Assembly: GCA_964016885.1 (NCBI GenBank)
Contig: OZ024741.1
Location: 9,424,001 to 9,488,000, forward strand
Length of the DNA: 64,000 nt
Reading direction: 5' to 3'
Source of the DNA: Eledone cirrhosa
Lineage: Eukaryota
Positions 54,231 through 64,000 of the stretch are shown piece after piece. Position numbers and translations under genes: made by a program. Numbering within the stretch: position 1 is the first letter of the stretch; each line of letters begins with the position of its first letter. The notes beneath the pieces were generated by a model that saw only the letters and a program-made list of their open reading frames with translations, did not search any database and was not told the DNA's origin.

Positions 54231-57200
54231 GTACCACAGTGTTGAAACTAAAGGTACCACAGTGTTGAAACTAAAGGTATCAGAGTGTTGAAACTAAAGG
54301 TACCACAGTGATGTATCTAAATGTACCACAGTGTTGAAACCAACGGTACCACAGTGTTGTAACTAAAGGTACCACAGTGTTGTAACTAAAGGTAATAGAG
54401 TGTTGAAACTAAAGGTTCCCCAGTGTTGAAACTAAAGGTACCACTGTGTTGAAACTAAAGGTACCACAGTGTTGAAATTAAAGGTACCACAGTGTTGAAA
54501 CTAAAGGTAATAGAGTGTTGTAACTAAAGGTACCACAGTGTTGAATCTAAAGGTATCAGAGCGTTGAAACAAAATCTAACACAATGATGTAACTAAGTGT
54601 ACCAGAGTCTTGAAACTAAGGGTACCACAGTGATGAAACTAAATGTACCAGAGTTTTGTAACTAAAGGTACAACAGTGTTGAAATTAAAGGTACCACAGT
54701 GTTGAAACTAAAGGTACCACAGTGTTGAAACTAAAGGTACCACAGTGTTGAAACTAATGGTATAACGGTGTTGCAACTAAAGGTACCACAGTGATGTAAC
54801 TAAAGGTACCACATTGTTGAATCTAAAGGTACCATGGTGTTGTAACTAAAGATACCACAGTGTTGTAATTAAAGGTACCGCAGTGTTGAAACTAAAGGTA
54901 CCACAGTGTCGAAACTAAAGGTACGACAGTGTTGAAACTAAAGGTACCACAGTGTTGAAACTAAAGATATCACAGTGTTGAAACTAAAGGTACCACAGTG
55001 ATGTAACTAAAGGTACCAAAACGTTGTAACGAAATGTACCAGAGTGTTCAAACTAAATGTATCATAGTATGGAAACTAAAGGTACCTCAGTGTTGAAACT
55101 AAAAGTACCACAGTGTTGAAACTAAAGGTATCACAGTGTTGAAACTAAACTACCACAGTGTTGAAACTAAAGCTACCACAGTGTTGAAACTAAAGGTATC
55201 ACAGTTTTGAAACTAAAGGTACCACAGTGTTGAAACTAAAGGTAACACGGTGGTGAACCTAAAGGTTCCACAGTGATGTAACTGAAGGTACCACAGTGTT
55301 GAATCTAAAGGTATCAGAGTGTTGAAACTAAAGGTACCAGAGTGATGTAACTAAATGTACAACAGTGTTGAAACTAAATGTACCACAATGTTGTAACTAA
55401 AGGTACCACAGTGTTACACATAAAGGTACCACAGTGCTGAGACTAAAGGTATCAGAATGTTGTAACTAAAGTTACCACAGTGTTGAAATTAAAGATGTCA
55501 CAGTGTTGAAACTAAAGGTACCACAGTGTTGAAACTAAAGGTGCCACAGTATTGTAACTAAAGGTACCACAGTGCTGTAACTAAGTGTACAATAGTGTTG
55601 AAACGAATGGTACCACAGTGTTGTAACTAAAGGTACGACAGTGTTCAAACTAAAGGTACCACAATGTTGTAACTAAATGAAGCTCACGCTATCAGAATGT
55701 TGAAACTAAAGGTACCACAGTGTTGAAACTAAAGGTATCAGAGTGTTGAAACTAAAGGTACCACAGTCTTGAAACTAAAGGTACCACAGTGTTGAAACTA
55801 AAGGTATCAGAGTGTTGAAACTAAAGGTACCACGGTGGTGAAACTAAAGGTACCACAGTGATGTAACTAAAGGTACAACAGTGTTGTAACTAAAGGTACC
55901 ACAGTGTTGTAACTAAAGGTACCACAGTGTTGTAACTAAAGATACCACAGTGTTGAAACTAAAGGTACCACAGTGTTGAAACTAATGATACCACAGTGTT
56001 GAAACTAAAGGTACCACAGTGTTGAATCTAAAGGTATCACAGTGTTGAGACTAAAGGTACCACAGTGTTGAAACTAAAGGTACCACAGTGTTGAAACTAA
56101 AGGTACCACGGTGTTGAAACTAAAGGTATCAGAGTGTTGAAACTAAAGGTACCACAGTGTTGAAACTAAAAGTACCACAGTGTTGAAACTAAAAGTACCA
56201 CAGTGTTGTAACTAAAGATACAACAGTGTTGAAACTAATGCTATCAGAGTGTTGAAACTAAAGGTACCACAGTGATGTAACTAAATGTACCAGAGTGTTG
56301 AAACTGAAGGTACCACAGTGTTGAAATTAAAGTTACCACAATGTTGAAACTAAAGGTATCACAGTGTTGAAACTAAAGGTACCACAGTGTTGAAACTAAA
56401 GGTACCACAGTGTTGAAATTAAAGGTATCACAGTGTTGAAACTAAAGGTATCACAGTGTTGAAATTAAAGGTACCACAGTGTTGAATCTAAAGGTACCAC
56501 AGTGTTGAAACTAAAGGTATCACAGTTTTGAAACTAAAGGTACCACAGTGATGTAACTAAAGGTACCACAGTGTTGAAACTAAAGGTACCACAGTGTTGA
56601 AACTAAAGGTACCACAGTGTTGAATCTACATGTATCACAGTGTTGAGACTAAAGGTACCACAGTGTTGAAACTAAAGGTACCACAGTGTTGAAACGAAAG
56701 GTACCACGGTGTTGAAACTAAAGGTATCAGAGTGTTGAAACTAAAGGTACCACAGTGTTGAAACTAAAAGTACCACAGTGTTGTAACTAAAGGTACCACA
56801 GTGTTGAAACTAAAGCTATCAGAGTGTTGAAACTAAAGGTACCACAGTGATGTAACTAAATGTACCAGAGTGTTGAAACTAAAGGTACCACAGTGTTGAA
56901 ATTAAAGTTACCACAGTGTTGAAACTAAATGTATCACAGTGTTGAAACTAAAGGTACCACAGTGTTGAAACTAAAGGTACAACAGTGTTGAAACTAAAGG
57001 TATCACAGTGTTGAAACTAAAGGTACCACAGTGTTGAAACCAACGGTACCACAGTGTTGTAACTAAAGGTACCACAGTGTTGTAACTAAAGGTAATAGAG
57101 TGTTGAAACTAAAGGTTCCACAGTGCTGAAACTAAAGGTACCACTGTGTTGAAACTAAAGGTACCACAGTGTTGAAATTAAAGGTACCACAGTGTTGAAA

Positions 57201-60200
57201 CTAAAGGTAATAGAGTGTTGTAACTAAAGGTACCACAGTGTTGAAACTAAAGGTATCAGAGCGTTGAAACAAAATCTAACACAATGATGTAACTAAGTGT
57301 ACCAGAGTCTTGAAACTAAGGGTAACACAGTGATGTAACTAAATGTACCAGAGTGTTGTAACTGAAGGTACAACAGTGTTGAAATTAAAGGTACCACAGT
57401 GTTGAAACTAAAGGTACCACATTGTTGAAACTAAAGGTACCACAGTGTTGAAACTAATGGTATAACAGTGTTGAAACTAAAGGTACCACAGTGATGTAAC
57501 TAAAGGTACCACAGTGTTGAATCTAAAGGTACCATGGTGTTGTAACTAAAGATACCACAGTGTTGTAATTAAAGGTACCGCAGTGTTGAAACTAAAGGTA
57601 CCACAGTGTCGAAACTAAAGGTACGACAGTGTTGAAACTAAAGGTACCACAGTGTTGAAACTAAAGATATCACAGTGTTGAAACTAAAGGTACCAAAACG
57701 TTGTAACTAAATGTACCAGAGTGTTCAAACTAAATGTATCATAGTATTGAAACTAAAGGTACCTCAGTGTTGAAACTAAAAGTACCACAGTGTTGAAACT
57801 AAAGGTATCACAGTGTTGAAACTAAACTACCACAGTGTTGAAACTAAAGCTACCACAGTGTTGAAACTAAAGTACCACAGTGTTGAAACTAAAGGTATCA
57901 CAGTTTTGAAACAAAGGTACCACAGTGTTGAAACTAAAGGTACCACGGTGGTGAACCTAAAGGTTCCACAGTGATGTAACTGAAGGTACCACAGTGTTGA
58001 ATCTAAAGGTATCAGAGTGTTGAAACTAAAGGTACCATAGTGATGTAACTAAATGTACAACAGTGTTGAAACTAAATGTACCACAATGTTGTAACTAAAG
58101 GTACCACAGTGTTACACATAAAGGTACCACAGTGCTGAAACTAAAGGTATCAGGATGTTGTAACTAAAGTTACCACAGTGTTGAAATTAAAGATGTCACA
58201 GTGTTGAAACTAAAGGTACCACAGTGTTGAAACTAAAGGTGCCACAGTATTGTAACTAAAGGTACCACAGTGCTGTAACTAAGTGTACAATAGTGTTGAA
58301 ACTAATGGTACCACAGTGTTGTAACTAAAGGTACGACAGTGTTCAAACTAAAGGTACAACAATGTTGTAACTAAATGTACCACAGTTTTGAAACTCACGC
58401 TATCAGAATGTTGAAACTAAAGGTACCTCAGTGTTGAAACTAAAAGTACCACAGTGTTGAAACTAAAGGTATCACAGTGTTGAAACTAATCTACCACAGT
58501 GTTGAAACTAAATCTACCACAGTGTTGAAACTAAAGTACCACAGTGTTGAATCTAAAGGTATCACAGTTTTGAAACTAAAGGTACCACAGTGTTGAAGCT
58601 AAAGGTACCACGGTGGTGAACCTAAAGGTTCCACAGTGATGTAACTAAAGATACCACAGTGTTGAAACTAATGCTATCAGAGTGTTGAAACTAAAGGAAC
58701 CACAGTGATGTAACTAAATGTACCAGAGTGTTGAAACTGAAGGTACCACAGTGTTGAAATTAAAGTTACCACAGTGTTGAAACTAAAGGTATCACAGTGT
58801 TGAAACTAAAGGTACCACAGTGTTGAAACTAAAGGTACCACAGTGTTGAAACTAAAGGTATCACAGTGTTGAAACTAAAGGTATCACAGTGTTGAAATTA
58901 AAGGTACCACAGTGTTGAAACTAAAGGTACCACAGTGTTGAAACTAAAGGTATCACAGTGTTGAAACTAAAGGTACCACAGTGATGTAACTAAAGGTACC
59001 ATAGTGTTGTAACTAAAGGTACCACAGTGTTGTAACTAAAGATACCACAGTGCTGAAACTAAAGGTTCGACAGTGTTGAAACTAAAGCTACCACAGTGTT
59101 GAATCTAAATGTATCACAGTGTTGAGACTAAAGGTACCACAGTGTTGAAACTAAAGGTACCACAGTGTTGAAACTAAAGGTACCACGGTGTTGAAACTAA
59201 AGGTATCAGAGTGTTGAAACTAAAGGTACCACAGTGTTGAAACTAAAAGTACCACAGTGTTGTAACTAAAGGTACCACAGTGTTGAAACTAAAGCTATCA
59301 GAGTGTTGAAACTAAAGGTATCACAGTGATGTAACTAAATGTACCAGAGTGTTGAAACTAAAGGTACCACAGTGTTGAAATTAAAGTTACCACAGTGTTG
59401 AAACTAAAGGTATCACAGTGTTGAAACTAAAGGTACCACAGTGTTGAAACGAAAGGTACCACAGTTTTGAAACTAAAGGTATCAGAGTGTTGAAACTAAA
59501 GGTACCACAGTGATGTATCTAAATGTACCAGAGTGTTGAAACTAAAGGTATCAGATTGTTGAAACTAAAGTTATCAGATTGTTGAAACTAAATGTACCAC
59601 AGTGATGTAACTAAAGGTACCACAGTGTTGAAACCAACGGTACGACAGTGTTGTAACTAAAGGTACCACAGTGTTGTAACTAAAGGTAATAGAGTGTTGA
59701 AACTAAAGGTTCCACAGTGTTGAAACTAAAGGTACCACTGTGTTGAAACTAAAGGTACCACAGTGTTGAAATGAAAGGTACCACAGTGTTGAAACTAAAG
59801 GTAATAGAGTGTTGTAACTAAAGGTACCACAGTGTTGAAACTAAAGGTATCAGAGCGTTGAAACAAAATCTACCACAATGATGTAACTAAGTGTACCAGA
59901 GTCTTGAAACTAAGGGTACCACAGTGATGAAACTAAATGTACCAGAGTGTTGTAACTAAAGGTACAACAGTGTTGAAATTAAAGGTACCACAGTGTTGAA
60001 ACTAAAGGTACCACAGTGTTGAAACTAAAGGTACCACAGTGTTGAAACTAATGGTATAACAGTGTTGAAACTAAAGGTACCACAGTGATGTAACTAAAGG
60101 TACCACAGTGTTCAATCTAAAGATACCATGGTGTTGTAACTAAAGATACCACAGTGTTGTAATTAAAGGTACCGCAGTGTTGAAACTAAAGGTATCACAG

Positions 60201-63200
60201 TGTCGAAACTAAAGGTACGACAGTGTTGAAACTAAAGGTACCACAGTGTTGAAACTAAAGATATCACAGTTTTGAAACTAAAGGTACCACAGTGATGTAA
60301 CTAAAGGTACCAAAACGTTGTAACTAAATGTACCAGAGTGTTCAAACTAAATGTATCATAGTGTTGAAACTAAAGGTACCTCAGTGTTGAAACTAAAAGT
60401 ACCACAGTGTTGAAACTAAAGGTATCACAGTGTTGAAACTAAACTACCACAGTGTTGAAACTAAAGCTACCACAGTGTTGAAACTAAAGTACCACAGTGT
60501 TGAATCTAAAGGTATCACAGTTTTGAAACTAAAGGTACCACAGTGTTGAAACTAAAGGTACCACGGTGGTGAACCTAAAGATTCCACAGTGATGTAAATA
60601 AAGATACCACAGTGTTGAAACTAATGCTATCAGTGTGTTGAAACTAAAGGTACCACAGTGATGTAACTAAATGTACCAGAGTGTTGAAACTGAAGGTACC
60701 ACAGTGTTGAAATTAAAGTTACCACAGTGTTGAAACTAAAGGTATCACAGTGATGAAACTAAAGGTACCACAGTGTTGAAACTAAAGGTACCACAGTGTT
60801 GAAACTAAAGGTATCACAGTGTTGAAACTAAAGGTATCACAGTGTTGAAATTAAAGGTACCACAGTGTTGAAACTAAAGATACCACAGTGTTGAAACTAA
60901 AGGTATCACAGTGTTGAAACTAAAGGTACCACAGTGATGTAACTAAAGGTACCATAGTGTTGTAACTAAAGGTACCACAGTGTTGTAACTAAAGATACCA
61001 CAGTGTTGAAACTAAAGGTACCACAGTGTTGAAACTAAAGGTACCACAGTGTTGAATCTAAATGTATCACAGTGTTGAGACTAAAGGTACCACAGTGTTG
61101 AAACTAAAGATTCCACAGTGATGTAAATAAAGATACCACAGTGTTGAAACTAATGCTATCAGTGTGTTGAAACTAAAGGTACCACAGTGATGTAACTAAA
61201 TGTACCAGAGTGTTGAAACTGAAGGTACCACAGTGTTGAAATTAAAGTTACCACAGTGTTGAAACTAAAGGTATCACAGTGATGAAACTAAAGGTACCAC
61301 AGTGTTGAAACTAAAGGTACCACAGTGTTGAAACTAAAGGTATCACAGTGTTGAAACTAAAGGTATCACAGTGTTGAAATTAAAGGTACCACAGTGTTGA
61401 AACTAAAGATACCACAGTGTTGAAACTAAAGGTATCACAGTGTTGAAACTAAAGGTACCACAGTGATGTAACTAAAGGTACCATAGTGTTGTAACTAAAG
61501 GTACCACAGTGTTGTAACTAAAGATACCACAGTGTTGAAACTAAAGGTACCACAGTGTTGAAACTAAAGGTACCACAGTGTTGAATCTAAATGTATCACA
61601 GTGTTGAGACTAAAGGTACCACAGTGTTGAAACTAAAGGTACCACGGTGTTGAAACTAAAGGTACCACAGTGTTGAAACTAAAGGTACCACGGTGTTGAA
61701 ACTAAAGGTATCAGAGTGTTGAAACTAAAGGTACCACAGTGTTGAAACTAAACGTACCACAGTGTTGAAACTAAAAGTACCACAGTGATGTAACTAAAGG
61801 TACCAAAACGTTGTAACTAAAGGTACCACAGTGTTGAAATTAAAGTTACCACAGTGTTGAATCTAAAGGTATCACAGTGTTGAGACTAAAGGTACCACAG
61901 TGTTGAAACTAAAGGTACCACAGTGTTGAAACTAAAGGTACCACGGTGTTGAAACTAAAGGTATCAGAGTGTTGAAACTAAAGGTACCACAGTGTTGAAA
62001 CTAAAAGTACCACAGTGTTGTAACTAAAGGTACCACAGTGTTGAAACTAAAGCTATCAGAGTGTTGAAACTAAAGGTACCACAGTGATGTAACTAAATGT
62101 ACCAGAGTGTTGAAACTAAAGGTACCACAGTGTTGAAATTAAAGTTACCACAGTGTTGAAACTAAAGGTATCACAGTGTTGAAACTAAAGGTACCACAGT
62201 GTTGAAACGAAAGGTACCACAGTTTTGAAACCAAAGGTATCAGAGTGTTGAAACTAAAGGTACCACAGTGATGTATCTAAATGTACCAGAGTGTTGAAAC
62301 TAAAGGTATCAGATTGTTGAAACTAAAGTTATCAGATTGTTGAAACTAAATGTACCACAGTGATGTAACTAAAGGTACCACAGTGTTGAAACCAACGGTA
62401 CCACAGTGTTGTAACTAAAGGTACCACAGTGTTGTAACTAAAGGTAATAGAGTGTTGAAACTAAAGGTTCCACAGTGTTGAAACTAAAGGTACCACTGTG
62501 TTGAAACTAAAGGTACCACAGTGTTGAAATGAAAGGTACCACAGTGTTGAAACTAAAGGTAATAAAGTGTTGTAACTAAAGGTACCACAGTGTTGAAACT
62601 AAAGGTATCAGAGCGTTGAAACAAAATCTACCACAATGATGTAACTAAGTGTACCAGAGTCTTGAAACTAAGGGTACCACAGTGATGAAACTAAATGTAC
62701 CAGAGTGTTGTAACTAAAGGTACAACAGTGTTGAAATTAAAGGTACCACAGTGTTGAAACTAAAGGTACCACAGTGTTGAAACTAAAGGTACCACAGTGT
62801 TGAAACTAATGGTATAACAGTGTTGAAACTAAAGGTACCACAGTGATGTAACTAAAGGTACCACAGTGTTCAATCTAAAGATACCATGTGTTGTAACTAA
62901 AGATACCACAGTGTTGTAATTAAAGGTACCGCAGTGTTGAAACTAAAGGTATCACAGTGTCGAAACTAAAGGTACGACAGTGTTGAAACTAAAGGTACCA
63001 CAGTGTTGAAACTAAAGATATCACAGTTTTGAAACTAAAGGTACCACAGTGATATAACTAAAGGTACCAAAACGTTGTAACTAAATGTACCAGAGTGTTC
63101 AAACTAAATGTATCATAGTGTTGAAACTAAAGGTACCTCAGTGTTGAAACTAAAAGTACCACAGTGTTGAAACTAAAGGTATCACAGTGTTGAAACTAAA

Positions 63201-64000
63201 CTACCACAGTGTTGAAACTAAAGCTACCACAGTGTTGAAACTAAAGTACCACAGTGTTGAATCTAAAGGTATCACAGTTTTGAAACTAAAGGTACCACAG
63301 TGTTGAAACTAAAGGTATCACGGTGTTAACCTAAAGATTCCACAGTGATGTAAATAAAGATACCACAGTGTTGAAACTAATGCTATCAGAGTGTTGAAAC
63401 TAAAGGTACCACAGTGATGTAACTAAATGTACCAGAGTGTTGAAACTGAAGGTACCACAGTGTTGAAACTAAAGGTATCACAGTGTTGAAACTAAAGGTA
63501 CCACAGTGTTGAAACTAAAGGTACCACAGTGTTGAAACTAAAGGTATCACAGTGTTGAAACTAAAGGTATCACAGTGTTGAAATTAAAGGTACCACAGTG
63601 TTGAAACTAAAGATACCACAGTGTTGAAACTAAAGGTATCACAGTGTTGAAACTAAAGGTACCACAGTGATGTAACTAAAGGTACCATAGTGTTGTAACT
63701 AAAGGTACCACAGTGTTGTAACTAAAGATACCACAGTGTTGAAACTAAAGGTACCACAGTGTTGAAACTAAAGGTACCACAGTGTTGAATCTAAATGTAT
63801 CACAGTGTTGAGACTAAAGGTACCACAGTGTTGAAACTAAAGGTACCACAGTGTTGAAACTAAAGGTACCACGGTGTTGAAACTAAAGGTATCAGAGTGT
63901 TGAAACTAAAGGTACCACAGTGTTGAAACTAAAAGTACCACAGTGTTGTAACTAAAGGTACCACAGTGTTGAAACTAAAGCTATCAGAGTGTTGAAACTA
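54230..64000. repeat. Variable-length domain-B higher-order repeat, ~2.6-2.8 kb, about 3.5 copies
   Basis: Marker AAAATCTA at 54571, 57271, 59865 and 62623 (spacings 2700, 2594, 2758), embedded in a conserved ~1 kb series of variants. Confidence 0.82.
60575..61635. repeat. 529-bp (23-monomer) tandem duplication
   Basis: ATTCCACAGTGATGTAAATAAAG at 60581 and 61110, with matching variant order after it. Confidence 0.88.

Larger units (their letters stand above)
1..64000. repeat. Tandem satellite DNA array, 23-bp monomer GGTACCACAGTGTTGAAACTAAA (contains KpnI site GGTACC), ~2,780 copies, running off both window ends
   Basis: The monomer is readable throughout in a single orientation. Most copies have 0-4 substitutions and indels are rare. 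64000/23 is about 2,780. Confidence 0.99.
47900..64000. repeat. Satellite sub-domain B
   Basis: Dominated by GGTATCAGAGTG and GGTATCACAGTG variants. Markers include ACAAAATCTA, AAACCAACGG, GGTAATAGAG, AAAGCTATCAG, AAATTAAAGTTACC, GAATCTAAA and CGGTGGTGAACC. TCAGAATG becomes rare. Confidence 0.85.

Noticed and set aside
55678-55692. Foreign insertion or transposon footprint at GAAGCTCACGCT
   Set aside because: Explained as a 13-bp deletion next to a variant monomer (CTCACGCTATCAG) also present near 58394.
1-64000. CRISPR array
   Set aside because: The 23-bp units are directly adjacent with no unique spacers, leader or cas genes.
1-64000. Telomeric repeat of the long yeast type (e.g. 23-bp Candida telomeres)
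   Set aside because: The length (over 64 kb), kilobase HORs, inherited monomer variants and lack of G-rich strand bias do not fit telomerase-templated synthesis.
1-64000. Long repetitive protein-coding gene or diversity-cassette locus
   Set aside because: Monomer length is not a multiple of 3, and stops occur in all six frames (TGA/TAA on +, TAG on -). Variants are inherited by block duplication, not arranged as cassettes.
1-64000. AATAAA polyadenylation signals in variant monomers
   Set aside because: They are single C-to-A changes of AACTAAA with no associated transcript structure.
1-64000. Assignment to a named satellite family or organism
   Set aside because: I do not recognise the monomer with confidence, so a database search is needed.

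Overview
The whole 64 kb window is one uninterrupted, head-to-tail tandem satellite array of a 23-bp monomer (consensus GGTACCACAGTGTTGAAACTAAA, about 61% AT, roughly 2,780 copies), all in one orientation. I found no genes, RNA genes, transposon insertions or CRISPR spacers, and the four supplied ORFs are by-products of the repeat. The structure lies in the pattern of variant monomers. There are two sub-domains (A, about 1-47.5 kb; B, about 48-64 kb) with different diagnostic variants. These are built from nested higher-order repeats (HORs): three copies of a ~6.55 kb unit, two of 4,402 bp with a nested 948 bp duplication, two of 2,050 bp, several of 1.1-1.7 kb, and a ~2.6-2.8 kb unit in domain B. 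This resembles eukaryotic centromeric, pericentromeric or subtelomeric heterochromatin. The organism and function cannot be determined from the sequence. I see no support for a novel protein-based system. All periods were measured by eye from marker positions, and block boundaries are approximate.
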